64,000 nucleotides of DNA from Acidimicrobiia bacterium (lineage in GTDB: Bacteria > Actinomycetota > Acidimicrobiia > Acidimicrobiales > Bin134): NCBI GenBank assembly GCA_022827725.1, contig JAJEIJ010000036.1:990-64989 (forward strand), in the 5' to 3' direction. Positions within the stretch are counted from its first letter, which is position 1, and each line of letters opens with the position of its first letter. The notes under the pieces were generated by a model. It was not told the origin of the DNA. It worked only from the letters and a program-made list of their open reading frames with translations, and ran no database searches. The translations under genes and the position numbers were made by a program. Positions 54,699 to 63,765 of this stretch are shown here, in pieces.

Positions 54699-55505
54699 AT
54701 GGTTCGTCAGCTCAAGATCATCGTCGCGCCGGAAATCGCCGGCAATGCGCGGAGCTGGCGCAATTTCCCTGGTCAAGTACTGATTGTGACGGTGGCCGCG
54801 CTCATCTACTTCGGGGTGCGGATGATCACCAAAGGGGCCGAGGTCGCCGCGTTCAAGAACGCCTACGACCTGCTGACCTTCGAGTCCACCCTGGGCCTGG
54901 ACTTCGAGGCTTGGTCGCAGAGTGCAATCCTCGACTACCACTGGGCGGTGACGTTCTTCAACTGGGTGTACATCTGGCTCCACTGGCCGGTGATCATCGG
55001 AGCGCTGCTGGTGCTGTACCACTACAACCGGCGCCGCTACACCCTGATGCGCAATGCCATGATCATCTCCGGCGCGCTGGGCCTGGTGTTCTTCGCCTTC
55101 TTCCCGGTGGCACCGCCCCGCTTCTTCGACGGTTTCACCGACACGGTTACCGAGCTGTCCACCTCCTACAAGTACCTCCAGCCTCCGTCGGTGGTGAACA
55201 AGTACGCCGCTTTGCCCAGTTTCCATGTGGGATGGAACGTGCTGGCCTGCGTGATCTTGTTCCGCACTGTGCGGTCGATTCCGGTGCGGATCTTTGCGGT
55301 GGCCTCGCCGCTGCTGATGGCGGTGGCGGTGGTGCTCACCGGCAACCACTGGGTGATCGACGGTTTCGTAGGTACGGCACTGGCCATGATCGGCCTGTAC
55401 GTCGCCCACCGCCTGGGCTGGCTCACCAACCGCTGGCGAGAAGAGGACGCCGAGGAAGAAGAAGTGGGCCCGGCGGGGATCGAACCCGCGACCGAGCGAT
55501 TATGA
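54699..55505 (+). CDS. PAP2-superfamily membrane protein (PAP2_C / inositol-phosphorylceramide-synthase-like subfamily)
   Basis: 268 aa, multi-TM. PSFHVGW and TGNHWVIDG correspond to the PAP2 C2/C3 motifs. The last ~13 codons (GPAGIEPATERL) read through the antisense of tRNA-Met. Confidence 0.6.
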   Translation: MVRQLKIIVAPEIAGNARSWRNFPGQVLIVTVAALIYFGVRMITKGAEVAAFKNAYDLLTFESTLGLDFEAWSQSAILDYHWAVTFFNWVYIWLHWPVIIGALLVLYHYNRRRYTLMRNAMIISGALGLVFFAFFPVAPPRFFDGFTDTVTELSTSYKYLQPPSVVNKYAALPSFHVGWNVLACVILFRTVRSIPVRIFAVASPLLMAVAVVLTGNHWVIDGFVGTALAMIGLYVAHRLGWLTNRWREEDAEEEEVGPAGIEPATERL

Positions 55506-55537
55506 GTCGCCTGCTCTGACCACTGAGCTACGGGCCC
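55465..55537 (-). tRNA. tRNA with CAT anticodon (elongator Met, or Ile2 if lysidine-modified); CCA not encoded
   Basis: Hand-folded: GGGCCCG acceptor, GGCGA-CTCATAA-TCGCT anticodon arm (no 3 G-C initiator signature), GCGGG-TTCGATC-CCCGC T-arm. Confidence 0.85.
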
Positions 55538-55579
55538 GCCGACAGCCTATTGGGCGGGACTCTTGCACTGGTGCTGGTT

Positions 55580-55655
55580 TGGCTCCGGGGGTGAGACTCG
55601 AACTCACAACCTAGCGGTTAACAGCCGCTTGCTCTGCCGGTTGAGCTACCCCGGA
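55580..55655 (-). tRNA. tRNA-Asn (anticodon GTT), CCA encoded
   Basis: Hand-folded: TCCGGGG acceptor, GCGGC-TGTTAAC-CGCT. anticodon arm (loop CTGTTAA), GTGAG-TTCGAGT-CTCAC T-arm. Confidence 0.9.
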
Positions 55656-55689
55656 TCAGCCTGTGATTTTACCCTGCCCACAGACTGGC

Positions 55690-55752
55690 TCACTCATCCA
55701 ATACGACGGCTGAATCCGAATTCCGCCCTCTTCACTCATCCAATACGACGGC
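55690..55752. repeat. 21-bp perfect direct repeat (tcactcatccaatacgacggc) x2, 21 bp apart
   Basis: Copies at 55690-55710 and 55732-55752. The second copy is the stop codon plus last six codons of the EamA gene. The first lies 35 bp from tRNA-Asn. Confidence 0.9.
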
Positions 55753-56589
55753 GAGCACCGAAATTGCCACTAGGGGGACCCCCAGCCACTGCAATCCGCC
55801 GAGCTGCTCGTCGAACAAGAACCAGGCCCACATCACGGCCAGGCCCGGGGCGGTCATGTTCAACAGAGAGATGGTGCGCAAAGACACGTACCGGTGGCTG
55901 TAGTTGAACGTTAGGTGGGCCACTCCGGCGGTCACCGCCATGGCGGCGGCCACCCCCCAGCTCCAGGTGTCGCTTATGAACAGGGGGTCGAACGACAACA
56001 GCGCGATGGGCAGCATGAGGGCGGCAGCGATGGTGGACCAGCCCGCCTGATACTCCAGCGCGGTCAAGTGATTGCGGGCGATGCGGGAAGCCACCAGATA
56101 GCCGGAGAAGGACATAACGGCCACCACCGCCAGCACATCGCCAGTGAGCGATCCGCCCCCGGTGCTCCCTGAGCGGCCCAGCAGCATCATCACCATCCCG
56201 GCGATGGCCACCGGGGTGGCCACGATCACCCGGTAGCTGATCTGCTCCTTGAAGATCCGGCTGGCGGCCCACAGTAAGAAGATGGGCGCGGTGGCGCCGA
56301 TGACCATGGCGTTGGCCACCGACGTGGTCTTGATGGCGGTGAAGAACGTTGCCCCGTTGACGGTGAAGACAAGTCCGCCGGCCAACGAGTGGCGCAGCAC
56401 CCGGCGGTCGAGACGGCCTCCCCGAAGGTGGAGGGCGGCCACCGCCCACGCCGCCGCTCCTATTAGCCGCCAGAACGCGAACGGCAGGGCCCCAAACTCG
56501 TTGTCGCGGACGAAGACCGGACCCCAGCTGAACAAGAAGACGCCGGTGGCCGCCGCCCACATCCCAAGGCCCCGTCCGGCTTTGGGCAT
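55732..56589 (-). CDS. EamA/DMT-family transporter
   Basis: ORF 55732..56754 overlaps the upstream LLM gene. ATG 56589 is the first start after its stop. About 10 TM, with duplicated EamA halves. Confidence 0.75.
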   Translation of the reverse strand: MPKAGRGLGMWAAATGVFLFSWGPVFVRDNEFGALPFAFWRLIGAAAWAVAALHLRGGRLDRRVLRHSLAGGLVFTVNGATFFTAIKTTSVANAMVIGATAPIFLLWAASRIFKEQISYRVIVATPVAIAGMVMMLLGRSGSTGGGSLTGDVLAVVAVMSFSGYLVASRIARNHLTALEYQAGWSTIAAALMLPIALLSFDPLFISDTWSWGVAAAMAVTAGVAHLTFNYSHRYVSLRTISLLNMTAPGLAVMWAWFLFDEQLGGLQWLGVPLVAISVLAVVLDE

Positions 56590-56632
56590 CGCCGGGCCGG
56601 ACGCACCCGGCGCCGAGGGGGAAGAGGGCGAG

Positions 56633-57742
56633 CTAATGGTCGAACGCCGGCAAAACGTGGCGGCCGAGGAGCTCGATGGAGGCCATAACTTTGTCGTGGG
56701 GGATGTTGTAGGGCTGCACCGCGCAGAACAGCAGATCAGTGCCGATTTCCTCATAGCCCTTGGCCAGGCGGATCACCTGGTCGGGATCGCCGATCAGCGC
56801 GGTGCCCATATCCACCAGCCCCTCCAGGTTCATGGCCTGCTCGGCCATGCCGCTGTCGAGCAACTCGGTGATCGCGCCGAGGTATTGAAAGTCGTTGAAC
56901 TCCAGATTGCGGTCGGCCTGCCAGGCGGGCATCGAGGCCGAGAGCTGCAATCCGGCGATGGGGTACCACTCGAACGACTGGCGCCCCACCTCGTAGGCCT
57001 CGTCTGTGGTGGGCGCGCAGTGGACCATCGTGAAGCTGGCCACCCGGTTGTTGATGCGCCCGCCCACCGGGTCGGCGCAGTCGGCAATGGCACTGCGGTA
57101 GATGTCGATCTTGTTCTTCAGGTCGGGCATGGGCACGAACACGCTGAACGACAGCAGCCCCATGCCCATGGAGCCCACGATGTGGTGCGTCTCGTCGCTG
57201 CCCGCGGCAGCCCACATGGGTGGGCACGGCTTCTGGAGGGGCTTGGGGATCACCCGGCGCCGGGGCATCGACCAGTACTGGCCTTCGAAGCTGTGCTCGT
57301 CGTTCATCCAGCAGCCGGCGATGTGCTCCACGGCCTCGGTCCACATGGCCCGGGTCTCGTTGGGGTCGATTCCGAAACCCTCCAGCTCGGCCCGGCTGTT
57401 GGACCGGCCGGTGCCGAACTCCACTCGGCCGCCGCTGATCACATCCAGGGTGGCGGCTGATTCAGCGGAGCGCACCGGATGGTTGTAGGGCTGGGGCGCG
57501 AGCCGCACCCCGTAGCCGATGCGGATGTTCTCGGTGTGGGCCGCGATGGCGCCGTAGAGCACCTCGGGATTGGAGCAGTGGGAGTACTCCTCCAAGAAGT
57601 GGTGCTCCACCGTCCACACGCTGTCAAAGCCCATCTTGTCGGCCAAGATGGCCTGTTCCAGCACCTCGGCGTAGGCGCGGCGCTCGCTGTCTTCGTCCCA
57701 GGGGCGGGGCACGGGGATCTCGTAGAACAGGGCGAACCTCAT
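56633..57742 (-). CDS. LLM-class flavin (possibly F420)-dependent oxidoreductase
   Basis: 369 aa. MRFALFYEIPVPRPW, WTVEHHFLEEYSHCSNPEV, RVEFGTGRS. Confidence 0.8.
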   Translation of the reverse strand: MRFALFYEIPVPRPWDEDSERRAYAEVLEQAILADKMGFDSVWTVEHHFLEEYSHCSNPEVLYGAIAAHTENIRIGYGVRLAPQPYNHPVRSAESAATLDVISGGRVEFGTGRSNSRAELEGFGIDPNETRAMWTEAVEHIAGCWMNDEHSFEGQYWSMPRRRVIPKPLQKPCPPMWAAAGSDETHHIVGSMGMGLLSFSVFVPMPDLKNKIDIYRSAIADCADPVGGRINNRVASFTMVHCAPTTDEAYEVGRQSFEWYPIAGLQLSASMPAWQADRNLEFNDFQYLGAITELLDSGMAEQAMNLEGLVDMGTALIGDPDQVIRLAKGYEEIGTDLLFCAVQPYNIPHDKVMASIELLGRHVLPAFDH

Positions 57743-57755
57743 GGGTTGGACACTC

Positions 57756-60077
57756 CTAGGAGTCGGAAGCCGAGGCGATCAGGCTGAGCACCGCATTGGG
57801 ATCGAGGGGCTGGCGATTGGGGTACACGCCGAAGGGGGCGAGGGCGTCGGCCACCGCGTTGAACACCGCCGGGGGCGCCCCGATGGCACCGCCCTCGCCG
57901 GTTCCCTTGTGCCCGCCGGGGGTGTCGGAGGGCACCACCACGTGGCCGGTCTCCAGCTCGGGAACCTCGGCCGCGGTGGGCACCAGATAATCGAGGAAGG
58001 TGGACGCCAGCGGATTGCCGCTCTCGTCATACACGCAGTGCTCATAGAGCACCCCGCCGATGCCCTGCACCACTCCCCCGGCGATCTGGCCGTCGACCAC
58101 CATGGGGTTGATCAGCACCCCGCAGTCCTCGCTCACCACGTAGCGCAGCAGCGTGACCTTGCCGGTGCCGGGGTCGAGCTCGCAGGTGCAGATGTGACAG
58201 GCGTTGGAGTGGGTGGAGGGCGGGGCCTTGTACCGGGCGGTGTGCTCGAGGCCGGCCTCCATGCCCTCAGGCAATGCGTCGGAGTTCTGGTAGGCGGTGG
58301 CGGCCACTTGGGCCATCGTCATCGACGCGGCCGGCGTACCCTTGACCGAGATCACCCCGTCGGCCACCTCCAGGTCGTCGGCCGAGGCCTCCATTAGGTG
58401 GGCGGCGATGGCTACTACCTTCTCCCGCACCCCTGAGGCCGCGCCCCGGGCCGCGCTGCCGGCGATGACCGCTGAGCGGCTGCCGCCGGTGCCGAACCCG
58501 TAGCCGGAGCCGTGGCCCTGGTGCAGGGTGACGTCTTCGGGGCGAACCCCGAGCTCGTCGGCCACCAGCTGGGCGATGGTGGTCTCCAGGCTCTGGCCGT
58601 GCGAGCCGGTGCCCATGAACACGTTGACGTGGCCGTCGACCTCCACCCGCAGCATGGCCGACTCGGTGCCCAGCGGCCCCATGCCCATCGACGTGGGCTC
58701 TATGTACAGGGCCATGCCCAGGCCCAGATAGCGGCCCTCCTCGCGGGCCTTGGCCTGCTCGGCCCGGAAATCGCCGTAGCCGATCATCTCGGCGGCCTGC
58801 TCCAGGGTCTGCTCCGGGGAGATGGTGGTCTCGAAAAACAGGCCGGTAGACACCTGATAGGGCAGGTCGTCGGGCTTCAACACGTTTTGGCGGCGCAGCT
58901 CGAGGGGGTCCATGCCGATCTCTCGGGCCACCCGGTCGATCATCTGCTCGCGGGCCACGCTCTCCATCTGCCACGGGCCCCGATAGGCCCCCCGTCCGCA
59001 GGTGTTGGTGTAGACGGTGCGGGCCCGCCAACTCACCGGCCCCATCCGGTAGGGACCGGGATAGAGCATGGTGGCCATGGCGCCGGGCGTGGCCGGGCCG
59101 CCCAGCGGGTAGGCGCCGTCGTCTTCGAGCTGGTCCAAGTCGGCGGCCAAGAAGTTGCCGTCTTCGTCCACCGCCATGGTGACCGTCATCTGCTCGATGC
59201 GGGCGTGGTTGGAGGCCAGCAGGTTCTCCCGCCGGTCCTCGATCCACTTCACCGGGCTGGCCAGGAGCTTGGCGGCCACCAATACCGCCATGTCCTCTCG
59301 TCCCAAGAACATCTTCTGGCCGAATCCGCCACCCACGTCGCCGAAGTGGACCACGATCTTGTGCTCGCCGATGCCCAGCACCCTGGCGCCCACGAGCTGC
59401 ATCTCGTGGGGGCTCTGGGTGGAGGCCCACACCTCCATCACCCCGGCGTGAGGCTGCCAGGAGGCCACGATTCCCCGGGTTTCCATGGGCACGTTGGTCT
59501 GGCGGTGCTGGTGCCAGGTTTCGGTGATGATGTGGGCCGCGTCGGCGAACGCCTCCTCTTGGGCCGGGTTGGGCACGGGCAGGTCGTGGGCCAGGTTGCT
59601 GCCCAGTTCGGGATGGACGAGGTCGTCGGATTCGGCCGCGGTCTCGTAGTTGACCACCGGATCGAGCGGCTCGAATTCCACCTCCACCAGATCGAGGGCG
59701 TCCTCGGCGATGTAGCGGCTATCGGCTACCACCATCACATAGGGGTCGCCCACGAAGCGCACGTCGCCGTCGGCCAGCATGTTGGCCGGGGGCGCGGGTG
59801 ACTCGGGCGGATGAAGCGACGCCCGCAGCGAATCGTTGTGGGAGTTGAGGTCGGCGCCGGTGTACACGGCGTGGACCCCTTCGAGCGCCTCGGCGGCCGA
59901 GGTATCGAGACGGGTGATGGTGGCCCGGGCCAAGTCGCTGCGCCCGAAGGCGGCGTGGAGCATGCCGGGAAGAACGATGTCGTCCACGTAGCGCCCGTGA
60001 CCGGTAACCAGGCGGGGGTCTTCCAGCCGCTTGACCGACTGGCCGACGTATCTGGCGGCGGCTGCTGTGTTACTCAT
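57756..60077 (-). CDS. Xanthine dehydrogenase/aldehyde oxidase family molybdopterin-binding large subunit (CoxL-like, not form I CODH)
   Basis: ATG 60077 (ATGA overlap with the small-subunit stop) within ORF 57756..60257. YVGQSVKRLEDPRLVTGHGRYVDD start. Active-site loop reads GAYRGP, not the VAYRCSFR-type CODH loop. Confidence 0.85.
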   Translation of the reverse strand: MSNTAAAARYVGQSVKRLEDPRLVTGHGRYVDDIVLPGMLHAAFGRSDLARATITRLDTSAAEALEGVHAVYTGADLNSHNDSLRASLHPPESPAPPANMLADGDVRFVGDPYVMVVADSRYIAEDALDLVEVEFEPLDPVVNYETAAESDDLVHPELGSNLAHDLPVPNPAQEEAFADAAHIITETWHQHRQTNVPMETRGIVASWQPHAGVMEVWASTQSPHEMQLVGARVLGIGEHKIVVHFGDVGGGFGQKMFLGREDMAVLVAAKLLASPVKWIEDRRENLLASNHARIEQMTVTMAVDEDGNFLAADLDQLEDDGAYPLGGPATPGAMATMLYPGPYRMGPVSWRARTVYTNTCGRGAYRGPWQMESVAREQMIDRVAREIGMDPLELRRQNVLKPDDLPYQVSTGLFFETTISPEQTLEQAAEMIGYGDFRAEQAKAREEGRYLGLGMALYIEPTSMGMGPLGTESAMLRVEVDGHVNVFMGTGSHGQSLETTIAQLVADELGVRPEDVTLHQGHGSGYGFGTGGSRSAVIAGSAARGAASGVREKVVAIAAHLMEASADDLEVADGVISVKGTPAASMTMAQVAATAYQNSDALPEGMEAGLEHTARYKAPPSTHSNACHICTCELDPGTGKVTLLRYVVSEDCGVLINPMVVDGQIAGGVVQGIGGVLYEHCVYDESGNPLASTFLDYLVPTAAEVPELETGHVVVPSDTPGGHKGTGEGGAIGAPPAVFNAVADALAPFGVYPNRQPLDPNAVLSLIASASDS

Positions 60078-60562
60078 TGCTCTTCTCCCTTCAGCACTGC
60101 GGCGGCTTGGCGGGTGGCGGCCACGATGCCCTGGTATCCGGTGCATCGGCAGAGGTTTCCGGCAATGCCGTGTCGGATCTCGTCGTCGGACGGATCGGGG
60201 TTGGCCTCCAAGAAGGCGGCCACCGACACCACGAAGCCGGGAGTGCAGAACCCGCACTGAAGCCCGTGGCAGTCGCGGAACGCCTCCTGCACCGGGTGGA
60301 GCGTCTCATCGTCGGGGGCGAGCCCCTCCACAGTGGTGATGTGTGCGCCGTCGGCCTGCACCGCGAATAACAGGCAGGACCGCACCGCCTCGCCGTCCAT
60401 CAGCACGGTGCACGAGCCGCACACCCCGTGCTCGCAGCCCAGATGGACGCCAGTACACAGGGCCTGCTCCCGAAGGAAGTCGGCCAGGGTCAGCCGGGGC
60501 TCGGCCGAGCCGCGGCGGTTTCGACCGTTGACCGTCATGGAGAGAGAGATCTGATCAGCCAT
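60074..60562 (-). CDS. (2Fe-2S)-binding small subunit (CoxS-like)
   Basis: 162 aa. GCEHGVCGSCTV and CGFCTPG cluster motifs. Confidence 0.9.
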   Translation of the reverse strand: MADQISLSMTVNGRNRRGSAEPRLTLADFLREQALCTGVHLGCEHGVCGSCTVLMDGEAVRSCLLFAVQADGAHITTVEGLAPDDETLHPVQEAFRDCHGLQCGFCTPGFVVSVAAFLEANPDPSDDEIRHGIAGNLCRCTGYQGIVAATRQAAAVLKGEEQ

Positions 60563-61439
60563 TGCCGGCCTCCTGTGTCAGCTGGGCCAAGGCGTTGGCC
60601 AGCACCCGGCCCACCAGGGTGGAGCCAGCCTGACGGCGGTAGCCGGCGCTGGCATGGACATCGCCTATCGGGTCCATGTCGTCGGCGGCCAGACGCCCGA
60701 TCTCATGGGGGTCAGCATCGGCCGCGGCCAGCCCCATCAGCGCCGCCTCCACCGACGAAGCCCTCAGCGGGGTGGGGCCCACGCCCAGCATGCCCACCGC
60801 GGCCCGGTTGATGCGCCCCGCTGCGTCGGTGCCGATACCCACCGCGGCGCCGGCCAGCGCGAAGTCGCCGCTGCGCCGGGCGATCTCATCGAAGGCGAAC
60901 CCGGCCGGCTGGTCCCACGCCGAAAAGCGCAGGGCGGTGAGCAACTCATCGGGGGCCACTGCGGTCATGAAGGTGGACTCGAAAAACTCGGCGGCCGGTA
61001 CCTCCCGGGTGCCCGATGTCGAGGCGATCTCGGCGGTGCCATCCAGGGCCAGCATCACCGCGGGATACTCCGACGCCGGGTCGGCGTGGGCCACCGAGCC
61101 GCCGATGGTGCCCCGGTTGCGGATCTGGAAATGGCCGATGTGGGGGGTGGCCAGGTGCAGCAGCGGCACCCGTTCGGCCACCGTGGCGTCGGTCTCGACG
61201 GCGGCCTGACGGGTCATGGCCGCGATGCGGACGCTGCCGTTGTCGGCGGTCGCGCCGAACAGCTCGTCCACCCGGTTCAAGTCCACGATGTGCTCGAAGC
61301 GAGTGAGGCGCATGGCCAGCAGGGGCACCAAACTCTGGCCGCCGGCCAGGGGCTTGGCGTCGTCACCGTGCTCGGCTAGAAGGCTCACCACGTCGGCCAC
61401 CGTTTCGGGAGCGTGGTATTCAAAAGGAGCAGGTTTCAC
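60555..61439 (-). CDS. FAD-binding medium subunit (CoxM-like, FAD_binding_5)
   Basis: GTG 61439 (VKPAPFEYHAPETV) within ORF 60555..61604. LAGGQSLVPLL and IRNRGTIGGS motifs. 8-bp overlap with coxS. Confidence 0.8.
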   Translation of the reverse strand: MKPAPFEYHAPETVADVVSLLAEHGDDAKPLAGGQSLVPLLAMRLTRFEHIVDLNRVDELFGATADNGSVRIAAMTRQAAVETDATVAERVPLLHLATPHIGHFQIRNRGTIGGSVAHADPASEYPAVMLALDGTAEIASTSGTREVPAAEFFESTFMTAVAPDELLTALRFSAWDQPAGFAFDEIARRSGDFALAGAAVGIGTDAAGRINRAAVGMLGVGPTPLRASSVEAALMGLAAADADPHEIGRLAADDMDPIGDVHASAGYRRQAGSTLVGRVLANALAQLTQEAGNG

Positions 61440-61575
61440 CGCCGGGGACTGTAGCCCGACTGGGCTGCATGAGTGCAGGCCAGCCGGCCACGGGGGTTTG
61501 GCCTGCGCCGTGGTCGACGCGTTGCAGAAGCGCTTGGCCTGCCCCCACGCCCCAGCGTTCTGGCAGACTTGGGCG

Positions 61576-62418
61576 ATGGCCGACGTAGCCGATGCGCTCC
61601 GCACCTATTGGAACGACCGGGGACCGGTATGGGTGGAGTACCGGGAGAGGCTGGACACCATGCTGGCCCCTCTCGGGGAGGCCGCCATCGCCCGGCTGCA
61701 CCCAGATCCCGGCGAGATTGTGCTGGACATCGGTTGTGGCACCGGTACCACCAGCCTGGAGCTGGCCCGCCTGGTGGGTGGGAGCGGACAGGTGACCGGG
61801 GTGGACGTGTCGGCGCCCATGCTGGACGAAGCCCGCCGCCGGGCCACCGATGCCGGGTTGGCCAACACCACGTTCGTGGTGGCCGATGCCGGCGCCCATC
61901 AGTTCGAGCCCCGGCACTTCGACGCCGCCTTCTCCCGCATGGGGATCATGTTCTTCGCCGAGCCGGTGGCCGGATTCACCAACCTCCGGCGGGCACTGCG
62001 ACCCGGCGGTCGGCTGACCTTCGTATGCTGGCGCTCCCCGGCGGAGAACTCCTGGGTCACTGAGCCGGGACAGGCCGTGGCCGAGGTGCTGGGTCCGCCT
62101 GAGCCGATGGATCCCGACGCGCCGGGGCCGTTCTCGCTGGCCTCAGCAAATCGCATCAGCTCGATCCTCACCGAAGCCGGGCTGGTGGACATCGACATCA
62201 CCCCCCATGACCTGCCGGTGAACATCGGCGGAGGCACCACCGATGAGCTGGTCCGCTACTACATGGACCTGCTGCCCGGCACGGCCATCCCCGAGAACGC
62301 CGAAGAGCATGTGATCGACCGGGTCAAAGCGGCCCTCGGGGCCATGGTGGACCGCCGTCGCACCGCAGATGGCATCACCATGGGCGCCGCCGCCTGGCTG
62401 GTGAGCGCCCGGGCCTAG
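61576..62418 (+). CDS. Class I SAM-dependent methyltransferase
   Basis: ATG 61576 within ORF 61216..62418. Motif I VLDIGCGTGTTS, then a post-I acidic residue (GVDVS). Confidence 0.8.
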   Translation: MADVADALRTYWNDRGPVWVEYRERLDTMLAPLGEAAIARLHPDPGEIVLDIGCGTGTTSLELARLVGGSGQVTGVDVSAPMLDEARRRATDAGLANTTFVVADAGAHQFEPRHFDAAFSRMGIMFFAEPVAGFTNLRRALRPGGRLTFVCWRSPAENSWVTEPGQAVAEVLGPPEPMDPDAPGPFSLASANRISSILTEAGLVDIDITPHDLPVNIGGGTTDELVRYYMDLLPGTAIPENAEEHVIDRVKAALGAMVDRRRTADGITMGAAAWLVSARA

Positions 62419-62450
62419 CCGCGGGCTGATTGCACCTGGGCTCGGGCCGC

Positions 62451-63725
62451 TTAGGGCTGGCTAGTGGCCGTCTGAGCTTGGACTCTGGCCGCCTCTGTTT
62501 GGCGGCGGGCGCTGCGGCCAGCGAACACCGACCACACCACCACCAGTACGGTGGCTGCGGCCATGTAGCCGTGCATCTCCCGCAGCCCGATCTGGTCGGC
62601 CAAGGCGCCCATGGGGAACGCCACCAGGCTCTGGGCGCTGAACGCGATCATCACCAGGCTCTGCACCCGGCCGTGATACACCGGCTCGGCCAGAAGCAGC
62701 GACATCGACATGTTGGCGGTTTGGAATGTGGTGGCCGCCCCGCCCAAAAAGAAGAGCACCGGGAGCGCCACCAGATGATTGGGCGTTATGGCCAACACGG
62801 CCACCCCCACCGCCACCACTGCCAAGCTGAAGACCCTCAACCGCCAAAGCAGGGCGTTGTCGCGCATACGGGCCACTTGGAGGGCGGTCACCGTGCCACC
62901 CAGCGCGTTGGCCCCCTGGAGAACCCCCAGCCACAGCGCTCCCACTCCGAACACACTCTCGGTGAACTTGGGCAAAAACGCCAGGTAGGGCATAGCCACC
63001 AGCAGCATGAGCGCGGTGGAGATCACCACCACCCGCAGGTAGGGGCTGCGGGCCACATACGCCACCCCCTCGGCGATCTCCTCAAAGGGGCTGTGGGCTT
63101 CCCGCTGCCCGGGGCGCGACTTCGGCAGCATCAGCACCGGGATGGTTCCCACCGCGGTGAGGCCCGCGCTCAGCAGGTACACCCCGGCAAGCCCAAAGTT
63201 GGGCGTGTCCGCCAAGAATCCGGCGAGCGCCGGCCCCACGGTCTGGGTGCTGGCCACGGTGAGCTGGGTGAGCGAGATGGCGTTGGACAGCAGCTCGCGC
63301 TCCACCACCTCGCCGGTCATGGCGATGCGGGCCGGTCCCATGAACGCGAACGACGATCCCTGGATGAGCGACGCCAATAGGAGCATCCAGAACTGCTCCA
63401 AGCCCAACACCACCATGATCCCGAGCCACAACGCGCTTAAGGTGAGCGAGAGGTGGGAGCCGAGGATGAGGGCGCGGCGGGGGAATCGGTCGGCGGCCAC
63501 TCCCCCGAACGGGGTGACGGTGACCATGCCGATGCCGAAGGCCAGCAGCACCAGGGCGAAGCTGGAGTTGCTGTCGGTGAGCTGGATGGCCAGCCAGCCC
63601 CGGGCCAGAATCTGCATCCCGACGGCGAGGAAGGCCGCCAGCCCCGACCACCACAACAAGAGGTAGTTGCGGTTGGCCAGCGACGCGAACATCCCACTAG
63701 TGGAACCGGGGTTCACGTCGCTCAT
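62451..63725 (-). CDS. MFS transporter
   Basis: 424 aa, about 12 TM. The GGVAADRFPRR loop 2-3 motif is typical of MFS. Confidence 0.8.
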   Translation of the reverse strand: MSDVNPGSTSGMFASLANRNYLLLWWSGLAAFLAVGMQILARGWLAIQLTDSNSSFALVLLAFGIGMVTVTPFGGVAADRFPRRALILGSHLSLTLSALWLGIMVVLGLEQFWMLLLASLIQGSSFAFMGPARIAMTGEVVERELLSNAISLTQLTVASTQTVGPALAGFLADTPNFGLAGVYLLSAGLTAVGTIPVLMLPKSRPGQREAHSPFEEIAEGVAYVARSPYLRVVVISTALMLLVAMPYLAFLPKFTESVFGVGALWLGVLQGANALGGTVTALQVARMRDNALLWRLRVFSLAVVAVGVAVLAITPNHLVALPVLFFLGGAATTFQTANMSMSLLLAEPVYHGRVQSLVMIAFSAQSLVAFPMGALADQIGLREMHGYMAAATVLVVVWSVFAGRSARRQTEAARVQAQTATSQP

Positions 63726-63765
63726 TCTTTAGCCGCGACTGCTACTGGTGTCACTCTGCGTCAAG

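Noticed and set aside
53052-55655. Integrated mobile element at the tRNA-Val or tRNA-Met/Asn loci.
   Set aside because: No integrase, excisionase, phage or conjugation genes flank these tRNAs. The neighbours are ordinary metabolic or membrane genes of native composition. Only the 21-bp repeat remains as a possible scar.
57756-61439. Aerobic carbon-monoxide dehydrogenase (form I CoxMSL).
   Set aside because: The large-subunit active-site loop is GAYRGP rather than the Cys-containing CODH signature. No coxD/E/F-type accessory genes are adjacent.
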